Shown: positions 1-10,040, counted from the stretch's first letter. The stretch is DNA of 64,000 nt from an uncultured Flavobacteriaceae bacterium (GCA_964495935.1 CAZBXQ010000005.1:3862-67861), one strand, 5' to 3'. The notes: generated from the sequence alone by a model not told the origin. Translations and numbers: made by a program.

Positions 1-79
1 AAACGTTACGGGTCAATTATGATGTGTGACTTATGGGAAGGATAGAAGAGGATTAAAGCATTTAAACCTGCTTAATTCA

Positions 80-102
80 TGAATTTAATTTTGTACAGAT
101 TC
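80..102. repeat. 23-nt dispersed repeat TGAATTTAATTTTGTACAGATTC (second exact copy at 23519-23541)
   Basis: Exact 23-mer occurs twice in the window, both times in non-coding DNA. Confidence 0.7.
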
Positions 103-309
103 GAGGCGTCGAAATCCGTAGGAATAGTGGACTATTTCAAGGGTTTTCAAACGAAGAAGATGCTAAAATTAAATCAAAATTTTATTTCGCGATAAATATC
201 ATGTTTTATTGTCATTTTCTATTCTAACATATTTATAATGAATGAAATAGTATGAAGTTTGTTTTATATATTTATGAATTGGTGAATTATGCAGGTAAAA
301 AATTGAATT

Positions 310-1260
310 ATGAGCGAGCAGGAATTAAAAGAATTGGAAAAACGTTTTGAAGAGCGTATTGCCAACGATGAAAAGATCGAACCCAAGGACTGGATGCCGG
401 AGAAGTATCGGCAAATGAATATCCGTCAGATTTCACAGCATGCCCATTCCGAGATTGTGGGAATGTTACCGGAGGGAAACTGGATTACCCGAGCTCCTTC
501 TCTGTTGCGGAAAGTAACCTTGCTGGCCAAGGTTCAAGATGAAGCCGGACACGGCTTGTATCTGTACAGCGCGGCAGAAACGCTGGGTATTTCCCGGGAT
601 GAGATGACGGAGCAACTGCTTGCCGGGAAGGCCAAATATTCCAGTATCTTTAATTATCCGACACTGACCTGGGCGGATATTGGTGCCATTGGTTGGCTGG
701 TCGATGGAGCAGCTATCGTGAATCAGGTTTCCTTAACGCACACCTCGTATGGACCTTATGCCCGCGGAATGGTGCGAATCTGCAAAGAGGAGAGTTTCCA
801 TCAGCGCCAGGGATATCAGATTATGTACGTGATGGCAAACGGTTCCGAGGAACAGAAAGAAATGGCACAGGATGCTTTGGATCGCTGGTGGTGGCCGTCG
901 CTGATGATGTTTGGACCACGGGATGCGAAATCCACGCACACGGAGCAATCCATGGCTTGGAAGATCAAAGTTAAATCCAATGATACGTTACGACAGATGT
1001 TTGTCGATCAGGTGGTGCCACAAGCCGATATTTTGGGCTTGACCATTCCGGACCCCGATTTAAAATTCAATGAAGAAACGGGGCATTATGATTTTGGTGA
1101 TATTGATTGGGATGAGTTCTGGCAAGTCGTTAAAGGTCATGGGATTTGTAACAAACAACGTATCACCGATAAAACCAAATCCTGGGAAGAAGGAAAATGG
1201 GTGCGGGAGGCGGCCTTGGCCTATGCGGAAAAGCAGGAGGAGAAGAGGAAAGCAGGGTGA
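310..1260 (+). CDS. paaA: 1,2-phenylacetyl-CoA epoxidase subunit A
   Basis: 316-aa ORF with ferritin-like di-iron motifs ([14 protein letters not shown]). It heads the canonical paaABCD order. Confidence 0.93.
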   Translation: MSEQELKELEKRFEERIANDEKIEPKDWMPEKYRQMNIRQISQHAHSEIVGMLPEGNWITRAPSLLRKVTLLAKVQDEAGHGLYLYSAAETLGISRDEMTEQLLAGKAKYSSIFNYPTLTWADIGAIGWLVDGAAIVNQVSLTHTSYGPYARGMVRICKEESFHQRQGYQIMYVMANGSEEQKEMAQDALDRWWWPSLMMFGPRDAKSTHTEQSMAWKIKVKSNDTLRQMFVDQVVPQADILGLTIPDPDLKFNEETGHYDFGDIDWDEFWQVVKGHGICNKQRITDKTKSWEEGKWVREAALAYAEKQEEKRKAG

Positions 1261-1325
1261 TGAATTTGAAGCCGATTTCGGTTGCTAGCAGAATAAACTT
1301 GAACCTGAACTCGAAACTTTGAGGA

Positions 1326-1691
1326 ATGACTGGGAAAATTTATCCGTATCAGGATTTATCGGAGCGTCTGGAGGATTTTGCGGCAGATGTAATCCATTTG
1401 TTAGATAAAAAACCGCAGAGTTTCGCGGCAGATTACCTTGCGAAACAACTTATCCGGTCTTCGTGTTCAAGTGCCTTAAATTACGGTGAAGCTCTTGGTG
1501 CTGGAAGTAAAAGGGACAAAGTCCATAAATTGAGATTATGTCTAAAGGAGCTGAGAGAATGTTTACGTAATTTACGGATACAGTTGAAGGCTAAATTATT
1601 ACAAAAAGAACAGCTGAGCTCGCTGATTGAGGAAAATGATCAACTGATCAGAATTATTTTTACACGCATAAAAAATTTAGATAGAAGTTAA
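1326..1691 (+). CDS. four-helix-bundle protein (23S rRNA intervening-sequence protein family)
   Basis: 121 aa. Family motifs QLIRSSCSSALNYGEA and LKELRECLRNL. Paralogous to 4582, 6237 and 16826. Confidence 0.85.
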   Translation: MTGKIYPYQDLSERLEDFAADVIHLLDKKPQSFAADYLAKQLIRSSCSSALNYGEALGAGSKRDKVHKLRLCLKELRECLRNLRIQLKAKLLQKEQLSSLIEENDQLIRIIFTRIKNLDRS

Positions 1692-1777
1692 TTAATCAAA
1701 TACAAAACTTGGTTTTGATTCTTGTATTGACTCTTCAAATCGAGTTCAAATTCAAGTTCCACTTAATATTTATTACA

Positions 1778-2074
1778 ATGACAAAAACAAATAAAAACGA
1801 ATGGCCTCTCTGGGAGGTATTTGTACGCAGTAAAAACGGATTAGAGCATCGGCATTTTGGAAGCTTACACGCGGTGGATGCTGAATCGGCATTGCAGGCG
1901 GCGAGAGATGTCTATACCCGCAGAATGGAGGGAGTGAGTATCTGGGTGGTAGAGTCCAAACAAATCACGGCTTCTGATCCCGCGGCAAGCGAAGAATATT
2001 TTGGGCCGGCAGAGGATAAAATTTATCGCCATCCCACGTTTTATGAATTACCGGAAGGGGTAAAGAACATGTAA
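1778..2074 (+). CDS. paaB: 1,2-phenylacetyl-CoA epoxidase subunit B
   Basis: Internal ATG of ORF 1709-2074 gives MTKTNKNEWPLWEVFVR..., about 98 aa, the typical PaaB size. The upstream extension is translated repeat DNA. Confidence 0.88.
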   Translation: MTKTNKNEWPLWEVFVRSKNGLEHRHFGSLHAVDAESALQAARDVYTRRMEGVSIWVVESKQITASDPAASEEYFGPAEDKIYRHPTFYELPEGVKNM

Positions 2075-2105
2075 TTCATCAAGAAAAGAATTTAAAAAAG
2101 CAATT

Positions 2106-2891
2106 ATGGCAACAAATAAAAGAATTAATCCCTATCCCAAGGATGACGGTCTGATAGGATTCATTTACGGTTTGGCGGATAGCTCTTTGATACTGGCCCA
2201 GCGATTAAGTGAACTCTGTGGCCACGGTCCTTCTCTGGAATTGGATATGGGGATGACCAATATTGCACTGGATCTTTTTGGTCAGGTGCGTTCCTATTAT
2301 CAATATGCAGCAAAGAAGATAGGAGGAGAGACAACGGAAGATGACTTGGCTTTTTTCAGGACCGAAAGGGAGTTCCGAAGTGTACTTTTGGTCGAGCAGC
2401 CCAATACGGATTTTGCCTATGTCATGGCCCGTCAATTTTTGTACGATCATTATCATTACTTAATGCTGCAAAAACTGCAGCAAAGTGAAGATGGCATGCT
2501 GGCCTCTATTGCGAGGAAGAGCGTTAAAGAGGTGGAGTATCACCGGGAATATTCTTCCGGGTGGATAAGACGATTTGGTGATGGAACCGGAGAAAGCCAC
2601 GAACGAATTCAAAAAGCGATTGATGATCTTTGGGTTTATACCGACGAACTCTTCCATAAGATGCCGGCCGATAAAAATATGATCAATGAAGGAATCGGAG
2701 TGGATTTTGAGGCCTTTAAAGAAGAATACTACAAAAATGTAGAAGAAGTACTTGAAGAAGCAACTCTTAAAGTTCCCGAATCCAAATATTTCCAAAAAGG
2801 AGGCAAAAATGGTGTTCATACCGAACATATGGGACATTTATTGACAGAAATGCAGTATATGCAAAGAACGTATCCGGGGATGGAATGGTGA
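2106..2891 (+). CDS. paaC: 1,2-phenylacetyl-CoA epoxidase subunit C
   Basis: 261 aa, PaaC-like ferritin fold, located after paaB. Confidence 0.88.
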   Translation: MATNKRINPYPKDDGLIGFIYGLADSSLILAQRLSELCGHGPSLELDMGMTNIALDLFGQVRSYYQYAAKKIGGETTEDDLAFFRTEREFRSVLLVEQPNTDFAYVMARQFLYDHYHYLMLQKLQQSEDGMLASIARKSVKEVEYHREYSSGWIRRFGDGTGESHERIQKAIDDLWVYTDELFHKMPADKNMINEGIGVDFEAFKEEYYKNVEEVLEEATLKVPESKYFQKGGKNGVHTEHMGHLLTEMQYMQRTYPGMEW

Positions 2892-3168
2892 TAAGTACGG
2901 AGTATGGAGTAATTAGTAGTGAGTAATGAGATCAAAGTTGATCATAGAATACGGGATGAACCTGAACATTATCAACGGTCGTTGAGCCTGTCGAAACGAG
3001 GATGACGAACTTGAATTTGAACTCAATTAACCGATTCATTAGTTCACCGATTAACCAATTAAACAGCTCACCGACCAGCCGATTCACCAGTTAAACTACA
3101 TATCTAATCTCTTCCCTCCAAAACCTATTTCCTAACACCTAACGCCTAACACCTCTAATACCTAAACC

Positions 3169-3675
3169 ATGATTACCTTACCCAATAAAGTTCAAATAGA
3201 TAAAAGGTTATTCCCGGTGTTGAAGAATGTTCACGATCCGGAAATTCCGGTAGTTTCTATTATTGATATGGGAATGGTGCGGGAAGCCGTCTTGGATGGA
3301 AATATTGCTAAAGTCAAGATTACGCCGACCTATAGCGGCTGCCCGGCCACGGATATGATTAAATTTGACGTTGGCGTGGCCCTGGAGCAAGCGGGTTATG
3401 AGCCCGAGGTGGAACAAGTTATCGATCCCCCCTGGACGACTGATTGGATTACTGAAGAAGGACGTCAGGCCATGGCCGATTTTGGAATTGCTCCGCCGGA
3501 GGAGGCAACCGCCGATCGAAGGGCCTTAAATGGAGAAACCCATGTGGTAAAATGCCTACATTGCGGTTCCAGCCATACCAAAATGGTGAGCCAGTTTGGA
3601 TCTACAGCTTGTAAGGCACATTTTAAATGCTTGGATTGTGGGGAGCCTTTTGATTATTTTAAATGTATGATTTAA
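3169..3675 (+). CDS. paaD: phenylacetate-CoA oxygenase subunit PaaD (MIP18/SUF-like domain plus C-terminal Cys cluster)
   Basis: 168 aa. DPEIPVVSIIDMGMV motif and CxxC...CxxC tail. Located after paaC. Confidence 0.85.
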   Translation: MITLPNKVQIDKRLFPVLKNVHDPEIPVVSIIDMGMVREAVLDGNIAKVKITPTYSGCPATDMIKFDVGVALEQAGYEPEVEQVIDPPWTTDWITEEGRQAMADFGIAPPEEATADRRALNGETHVVKCLHCGSSHTKMVSQFGSTACKAHFKCLDCGEPFDYFKCMI

Positions 3676-3715
3676 GCCTATAACGGGGTTTTTCAAAACC
3701 AATAATAAAAATTGA

Positions 3716-4498
3716 ATGAGTGATTCTATACTTTATGAGATTGAAAATCAGGTAGCTTATATCTGGTTAAACCGACCCAAAGCGTATAATAGTTGTAACC
3801 GTGAGATGGCTCTGGCTTTTCAGGAGGCTTTGAAAAAAGCAGATACTGATGAAAACGTCCGTGCTGTTTTTATTTCCGGGAAAGGGAAAGCCTTTTGCGC
3901 AGGACAGGACTTAAAAGAAGTGATCGATCAGGATAAAAATCCCGGATTTGAAAAGATTCTGGATGAGGGTTATAACCCTATTATAAAGCTGATTCGGAAC
4001 CTACAAAAGCCGGTTCTTGCTGCAGTCAACGGAGTGGCTGCCGGAGCCGGAGCCAATATGGCCCTGGCTTGTGATATTTGCATTGCTTCCGAAGAAGCAA
4101 CCTTTATTCAGGCCTTTAGTAAAATCGGATTGATTCCCGACAGTGGGGGAACGTTTTTCCTGCCCCGTTTGGTTGGAATTCAAAAAGCTGCGGGATTGAT
4201 GATGTTAGGGGAGAAAATCAATGCTCGGGAAGCGGAACGCATCGGATTGATTTACAAATGCATTCCTGCTGCTGACTTTGAAAAGGAAGCCACCACATTA
4301 GTTCGCCGATTGTCTCAAATGCCTACAAAAGCCCTCTGGAAGACCAAACAACTATTGAATCAAAGTTTTTATAATACGCTGGACGAACAACTTCATTTAG
4401 AAAGCAAAACTCAGATTGAAGCCTCCAAAACCCGGGATTATAAGGAAGGAGTACAGGCCTTTATCGAGAAAAGAAAGCCGAGGTTTGAAGGGAGGTGA
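3716..4498 (+). CDS. paaG: 2-(1,2-epoxy-1,2-dihydrophenyl)acetyl-CoA isomerase (crotonase family)
   Basis: 260 aa. FCAGQDL, AVNGVAAGAGA, FSKIGLIPDSGGT and a C-terminal DYKEGVQAFIEKRKPRF closely track E. coli PaaG. Confidence 0.85.
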   Translation: MSDSILYEIENQVAYIWLNRPKAYNSCNREMALAFQEALKKADTDENVRAVFISGKGKAFCAGQDLKEVIDQDKNPGFEKILDEGYNPIIKLIRNLQKPVLAAVNGVAAGAGANMALACDICIASEEATFIQAFSKIGLIPDSGGTFFLPRLVGIQKAAGLMMLGEKINAREAERIGLIYKCIPAADFEKEATTLVRRLSQMPTKALWKTKQLLNQSFYNTLDEQLHLESKTQIEASKTRDYKEGVQAFIEKRKPRFEGR

Positions 4499-4581
4499 TG
4501 ATTGGAGATTGATGATTGGAGATTGATGATTGATGATTGGAGATTGGAGATTTTGGATTGTTGAATTAATTAAAACTAATT

Positions 4582-4935
4582 ATGAGACCTGCGGACTTGG
4601 AGGATAGATTAATACAATTTTCCATATCTATTATTATTTTTTGCAGACAAGTGGAACGTACTTTTTCAGCTGAACATTTATCAAAGCAATTAATCCGTTC
4701 AGCCACCTCTGCTGCTTTAAATTATGGGGAAGCTCGGAGTGCAGAATCACCTCGTGATTTCTTACACAAGATGAAAATTTGTTTAAAGGAGTTACGAGAA
4801 TGTATGGTTAATCTGAAAATCCAGAAGGGAGCGGGGTTAAGTCAAAAGGAGATGTTGGTAGAATCTTTACTGAAGGAGAATAATGAGCTTATATCCATTT
4901 TTGTTAGTAGTATTAAAACTTCCTCAAGAAAATGA
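4582..4935 (+). CDS. four-helix-bundle protein (23S rRNA IVS family)
   Basis: 117 aa. QLIRSATSAALNYGEA and LKELRECMVNL motifs. Confidence 0.85.
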   Translation: MRPADLEDRLIQFSISIIIFCRQVERTFSAEHLSKQLIRSATSAALNYGEARSAESPRDFLHKMKICLKELRECMVNLKIQKGAGLSQKEMLVESLLKENNELISIFVSSIKTSSRK

Positions 4936-5010
4936 AATAAGAATTAATTGAAATTAGAAAAACATCAAATCGTTAATCAACAATCGTTGATCTTAAATCG
5001 TTAATCAAAC

Positions 5011-6189
5011 ATGAACATCACAATAATCGGAGCCGGAACCATGGGAAGTGGGATTGCACAAGTGGCGTCCACCGCCGGCTGTAGGGTAAAATTATTTGAC
5101 ACCAATGAGGAAGCTTTGACCAAAAGCAAAGAAGCATTGGAAAAAATCCTTCGGCATATCACCGATAAAGGCAGGATCACGGAAGATGAAAAAAACCGGA
5201 TTCAGGGGAATATTTCCTATGTCCAAAAAATGGCGGATCTGCATGATGCCGAATTGACCATCGAGGCCATAGTCGAGAATGTGGATATCAAACACCAGGT
5301 CTTTAAAGAATTGGAAAAGATTCAAAAGAAAGATGCCATTTTGGCTTCCAACACCTCTTCCATCCCAATCGCTGAGATTGCGTCGGTTTTGGAGCATCCG
5401 GAACGGGCTATTGGAATTCATTTCTTTAATCCGGCACCGCTGATGGCGTTGGTGGAAATCATTCCGGCGGTTCAAACTTCCGAGGAGATAAAAAACAAGG
5501 TTGTTCAGATTATAAAGGATTGGGGGAAGATTGGTGTTCTGGCCAAGGATACCCCGGGCTTTATCGTCAATCGCGTGGCCCGGCCGTTTTATGGAGAAGC
5601 CTTGCGTATTTATGAGGAAGGAGAAGCGAGCTTTGCGGAGATTGATAAGGCAATGAAGGAACTGGGAGGTTTCCGGATGGGCCCTTTTCAGTTGATGGAC
5701 TTTATCGGCAATGATATCAATTACAGTGTGACGGAAACCGTTTTCCGAGAGTTTTATTACGACCCTCGGTATAAGCCTTCTTTTACCCAGAAACGCCATG
5801 CGCAGGCCGGATATTTGGGAAGAAAAACGGGAAGAGGATATTATTTCTATAAAGACGGAAAGATGGATACCGAGAAGTCACCCGACTGGGACAAGGAGCT
5901 CGATCAAGAAAAAGGACAAAAAATAGTCGATCGAATTCTGGTGATGCTGATTAATGAAGCTGCCGATGCTTTGTTTTTAAATGTGGCCACCGCTAAGGAT
6001 ATTGATCTGGCCATGACCAAAGGAGTCAATTATCCCAAAGGACTTTTGGCCTGGGCCAACGAAAAAGGAATCGATTGGTGTGTGGAAGAAATGGATGAAC
6101 TCTACCATATTTATCACGAAGACCGGTATCGATGTAGTCCGTTGTTGAGGAAGATGAAAGAAGAGGGAAGTAGTTTTGTAGTCTTATAG
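5011..6189 (+). CDS. paaH: 3-hydroxyacyl-CoA dehydrogenase (3-hydroxyadipyl-CoA dehydrogenase role)
   Basis: 392 aa. N-terminal Rossmann motif IIGAGTMGSGIA plus a 3HCDH C-terminal domain, in paa context. Confidence 0.82.
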   Translation: MNITIIGAGTMGSGIAQVASTAGCRVKLFDTNEEALTKSKEALEKILRHITDKGRITEDEKNRIQGNISYVQKMADLHDAELTIEAIVENVDIKHQVFKELEKIQKKDAILASNTSSIPIAEIASVLEHPERAIGIHFFNPAPLMALVEIIPAVQTSEEIKNKVVQIIKDWGKIGVLAKDTPGFIVNRVARPFYGEALRIYEEGEASFAEIDKAMKELGGFRMGPFQLMDFIGNDINYSVTETVFREFYYDPRYKPSFTQKRHAQAGYLGRKTGRGYYFYKDGKMDTEKSPDWDKELDQEKGQKIVDRILVMLINEAADALFLNVATAKDIDLAMTKGVNYPKGLLAWANEKGIDWCVEEMDELYHIYHEDRYRCSPLLRKMKEEGSSFVVL

Positions 6190-6236
6190 TTTTTTAGTTT
6201 CGTGGTCTTATAGTTCTTTTTAAAATTCGACTTAAT

Positions 6237-6605
6237 ATGAAAAATGAACCTTATTTTAAGTTTGAGGATTTAAAAATCTATCAGAAAGCGTTGGATTATG
6301 GGGAATTTGTGAATGAGCAGATTTCTAAATTTCCAAGAGACGAAACATTTCGATTGTCATCTCAATTCATTAGAGCTGCAGATTCTATCGCTCTGAATAT
6401 AGCGGAGGGATATTCGGGCTCTCCTACAAACTTTATTCGTTATTTAAGGATAGCACGGGGAAGCTTGGATGAATGAGTGGTTTGTTCTACTAAGGCACTT
6501 AGAAGACATTTTATAACAAAAGATATAGATATGCGGAATCGTGAGAAATTGTCTGAACTTTCAAAAATGATTTCTTCTTATATAAATTATTTAAAAGGGA
6601 AATAA
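6237..6605 (+). pseudogene. four-helix-bundle (23S rRNA IVS family) gene interrupted by an in-frame TGA
   Basis: The ORF stops at 6474-6476 (..GSLDE*). The same frame continues VVCSTKALRRHF...SSYINYLKGK* to 6605 and aligns with paralog 16826 (..SLHECVACNAKALRREY..). The TGA replaces the conserved Cys codon. Confidence 0.75.
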
Positions 6606-6686
6606 CAATTAAAATTACTTAGATAAACTGCGATGCCATCCAGCCACATAACTACTCAACTACATAACTAACAAACAAACTATATC

Positions 6687-7112
6687 ATGAATCGATTACT
6701 AACCCCTTCCGAAATCACCGAAACCATGCTGGCCAATGATAAGTTTAGCCAGTGGCTGGGAATTGAGATTTTAGAGACCCGGAAGGATTATTGTAAATTA
6801 AAAATGACGATTCGGGATGAAATGCTCAATGGGATGAAAAAGGCCCAAGGAGGGATTACTTTTTCTTTTGCCGATTCTTGTTTTGCCTTTGCCAGTAATA
6901 CGAGAGGAAAGAAGGCGGTTTCCATAGAGGCTTCCATTAATCATATTGAAGCTTTGGAGTCGGGTGACGAAATCACGGCTGAAGCAGAAATGGAGAGCAT
7001 GAAGAATAAACTGGGGTTTTATATCGTTAGAGTATATAAGGGGGATAAGGTCGTGGCTTTGTTTAAGGGGGTAGTGTATCGCACAAGTGTAGAGTGGAGG
7101 GAAGGGGATTGA
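6687..7112 (+). CDS. paaI: hydroxyphenylacetyl-CoA thioesterase (hot-dog fold)
   Basis: 141 aa, PaaI-like, in paa context. Confidence 0.82.
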   Translation: MNRLLTPSEITETMLANDKFSQWLGIEILETRKDYCKLKMTIRDEMLNGMKKAQGGITFSFADSCFAFASNTRGKKAVSIEASINHIEALESGDEITAEAEMESMKNKLGFYIVRVYKGDKVVALFKGVVYRTSVEWREGD

Positions 7113-7297
7113 ACCTGAACTTGAAGAATTATAAAATTGGAGTACTATAATGGACTTGGCAGATTAACTATAGCATCAACGGTAAATTTATATGAGTAAA
7201 ACAGCTAATAATGAATATATATTAGTCATTATACTAATAATACTATAATATTAGTTTTTTCACTAATAATTATTATCTTTGGAAAAAGTCTGATTTT

Positions 7298-7993
7298 ATG
7301 AGGTATTCGGTTTTGTCAGGAGATATCATATCCTATACGGCATTGAACTCCTCTAATAGGGAGTTTTTGGTGGAGGAGCTCAACAGGTTTTTGGATCAGT
7401 TGAATTCTCATTTTAAAACTTTTGGGAGGATTATAAAAGGTGATTATTTGGAATGTGTAGTTCCCGATTCGACCGAGGGACTTACAGTAGCGTTAGCCTT
7501 TAAAGGATTTGTAAAATCACTTCCCATCGAAGAGAAAGAAGAGACCCCCCGGTTTAAATTGTTTAAAACTTATGGGATTCGAATGGCCATAGGATATGGA
7601 GAATTAAGTCGTTATAACCCTGGAGATGGCGTGATGGATGGCGAGGCAATTTATCTTTCGGGTCGTAAGATTTCCGGTCTGACAACCTATGATAAAAAGA
7701 GGGTTACCATAAAGCATTCCTTATATTTTGCTTCCAATGAACCCGATTTGAATGATTGTTTTGAGCCGTTGATGAATTTACTTGATGTTTTGTTGACAAA
7801 AGCCACGGCTCGACAATGTGAAGTATTATATCTCAAGTTACTGGGATTATCAGAGGATGAAGTCGCCTCGAAGTTGGGAATTGGGCAATCGGCCGTAAAT
7901 CAACATTCGACCAGTATAGGTTGGAATGCCATTGATTCTGCGGTTCAATATTTTAAAAAAGTAATTTCAGGAGAGGAGGATAATGAGATTTAA
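7298..7993 (+). CDS. SatD-like protein: N-terminal nucleotide-cyclase-like domain plus C-terminal sigma70-region-4/LuxR-type HTH
   Basis: 231 aa. The C-terminus (ARQCEVLYLKLLGLSEDEVASKLGIGQSAVNQH) is an HTH. Family assignment is from memory of the SatD/DUF3307 pairing. Confidence 0.5.
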   Translation: MRYSVLSGDIISYTALNSSNREFLVEELNRFLDQLNSHFKTFGRIIKGDYLECVVPDSTEGLTVALAFKGFVKSLPIEEKEETPRFKLFKTYGIRMAIGYGELSRYNPGDGVMDGEAIYLSGRKISGLTTYDKKRVTIKHSLYFASNEPDLNDCFEPLMNLLDVLLTKATARQCEVLYLKLLGLSEDEVASKLGIGQSAVNQHSTSIGWNAIDSAVQYFKKVISGEEDNEI

Positions 7994-8690
7994 GGAATTC
8001 ATAATACTACAGATCGTGGCTCATGTGCTCTTGGATTATTTTTTTCAAACTCATAAGCTGGCACAACTTAAGAATACGAAGGGTTTCAAAAGTAAGTTTC
8101 TCTACGGCCATGCTTTATTGTGCTTTTTGTTATCCTGGGTTTTTTCTTTGCAATTGAATTTTGTCTGGGCTGCTTTGATTATTGCTGTAACGCATCTTTT
8201 AGTAGATGGTTTTAAACCGATTTTGGGGAGAATCAACCGGCTTCGACCCTATCTCTTTTATCTGGATCAGTTTGTTCATGTTCTGGTCTTGATTGCCGTG
8301 GTTTACGGGTTTGATTCATGGATTGGAATACAGCCGTCCATTGATGTTGAGCTCAACTTTAAGGTCCTGTTAATGGTAACCGGATATTTAGTTTGTCTAA
8401 AACCCACTAATATTTTTATCCAGGAGATTTTTAGATCCACGGAGATTCAGGTATCCAGTGATAACGAGATGCCGAATGCCGGTAAGGTGATCGGGATCTT
8501 AGAACGGATTTTGACGCTGACTTTGATTTTAGTCAGCCAATATTCGGCAGTCGGGTTTTTAATCGCGGCCAAATCCATCTTGCGTTATCGGAGTGATGAA
8601 ACCTTAAAATCTGAATATGTTCTTATCGGAACGCTGCTGAGTTTTGGGGTTGCTGTGATTGTAGGGATCATGATAAATGTCTGGGGATAG
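7983..8690 (+). CDS. multi-pass membrane protein, DUF3307-like
   Basis: 235 aa, several hydrophobic helices. Overlaps the previous gene by 11 nt, which suggests translational coupling. Confidence 0.5.
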   Translation: MRFKEFIILQIVAHVLLDYFFQTHKLAQLKNTKGFKSKFLYGHALLCFLLSWVFSLQLNFVWAALIIAVTHLLVDGFKPILGRINRLRPYLFYLDQFVHVLVLIAVVYGFDSWIGIQPSIDVELNFKVLLMVTGYLVCLKPTNIFIQEIFRSTEIQVSSDNEMPNAGKVIGILERILTLTLILVSQYSAVGFLIAAKSILRYRSDETLKSEYVLIGTLLSFGVAVIVGIMINVWG

Positions 8691-8790
8691 GATAAGCGTA
8701 TAAATATAAATTGCGAGCCAGTCTTGATGAATGCAATCGATTATGGAAAGTTTTTAATCATCTCAATACGAACAAATAAAACATAGCTAT

Positions 8791-10002
8791 ATGAAAGAAG
8801 TTTATATAATAGATGGGATTCGAACGCCCATCGGAAAATTTAAAGGAACCCTGTCATCCGTGCGAACAGACGATTTAGGGGCCCTGGTGATTAAGGAAAT
8901 CGTTGAACGCAATCCCGATATCCCGAAAGAAGCCTATGACGATGTCATTATGGGATGTGCCAATCAGGCGGGAGAAGATAACCGGAATGTAGCGCGGATG
9001 TGCCTGTTATTGGCGGGCTTGCCCTATACGGTTCCGGGGGAGACGGTCAACCGGCTTTGCAGTAGCGGATTATCCTCTATTATTCATGCTAATCGGGCTA
9101 TTAAAGCCGGAGATGGAGATCTGTTTATTTCGGGTGGAGTAGAACACATGACCCGGGGGCCCTATGCCATTTCCAAACCCAGTTCGGCTTATGGAACGGA
9201 TTCAAAGATGTATGATACGAGTTTTGGCTGGCGGTTTGTCAATCCGAAGATGGAGGAAATGTACGGTACGGAGGGAATGGGGTTTACCGCTGAGAATTTG
9301 GTCGATAAGTACAAAATTTCACGAGCAGACCAGGATGCATTTGCGACCTGGAGTCAGCAGAAAGCAACCAAAGCGCAGGAAAATGGTCGATTGGCCAAAG
9401 AAATAGTACCGGTGGAAATTCCCAGAAGAAAACAGGAGCCCTTGATTTTTGAAAAAGATGAATTTGTACGCCCCGGTACAACAACAGAAATACTGGCACA
9501 ATTACGACCTGCTTTTCGTAAAAAGGAGGGAACCGTAACCGCCGGGAATTCATCCGGATTAAACGATGGAGCAGCGGCTACGATTATTGCCTCAGAAGAT
9601 GCTATTAAGCAGTATAATTTAAAGCCAATGGCGCGAATCATCAGCTCTGCGGTGGTTGGAGTAGAACCCCGGATTATGGGAATCGGGCCGGTAACGGCCT
9701 CCAACAAAGCCCTGAAAAAAGCGAGGTTGAGTATGAACGACATGGATATTATTGAATTGAATGAAGCTTTTGCCGCCCAAAGCTTGGCTTGTACCCGTGC
9801 TTGGGGATTAGCTGATGACGACCCACGTTTAAATCCGAATGGGGGAGCCATTGCCATTGGCCATCCTTTGGGAGTGACAGGAACGCGAATTTGTTATTCG
9901 GCAGCACTGGAATTACAGCTGACCGGTAAAAAATATGCGCTGGTTACCATGTGTGTGGGGGTCGGGCAGGGCTACGCCGCTGTGATTGAAAATGCCAGTT
10001 AA
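8791..10002 (+). CDS. paaJ: 3-oxoadipyl-CoA/acetyl-CoA C-acyltransferase (thiolase)
   Basis: 403 aa. Thiolase motifs NRLCSSGL, NEAFAAQ, GHPLGVTG and CVGVGQG. Confidence 0.9.
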   Translation: MKEVYIIDGIRTPIGKFKGTLSSVRTDDLGALVIKEIVERNPDIPKEAYDDVIMGCANQAGEDNRNVARMCLLLAGLPYTVPGETVNRLCSSGLSSIIHANRAIKAGDGDLFISGGVEHMTRGPYAISKPSSAYGTDSKMYDTSFGWRFVNPKMEEMYGTEGMGFTAENLVDKYKISRADQDAFATWSQQKATKAQENGRLAKEIVPVEIPRRKQEPLIFEKDEFVRPGTTTEILAQLRPAFRKKEGTVTAGNSSGLNDGAAATIIASEDAIKQYNLKPMARIISSAVVGVEPRIMGIGPVTASNKALKKARLSMNDMDIIELNEAFAAQSLACTRAWGLADDDPRLNPNGGAIAIGHPLGVTGTRICYSAALELQLTGKKYALVTMCVGVGQGYAAVIENAS

Positions 10003-10040
10003 TCCGGTCATAGTACATTGAAGAAGATTATTGATTTGCA

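Noticed and set aside
1709-1777. N-terminal extensions in the ORF track (1709, 19930, 28160, 42773, 46269, 52116, 56903, 59828, 36384)
   Set aside because: The extensions start on TTG or GTG, or run through repeat or palindrome DNA. Internal ATGs give canonical N-termini for PaaB, GxxExxY, the IS30 transposase, Xis-like, Adk, GT2, ACAD, MraZ and FHA-ABC.
5092-5799. 235-aa minus-strand ORF inside paaH. Similar long antisense ORFs occur at 14312-15331, 9354-9857, 28163-28699, 52179-52694 and 50906-51382
   Set aside because: Each is fully embedded antisense in a confidently identified gene. They have low-complexity or odd composition and no motifs, so they are shadow ORFs.
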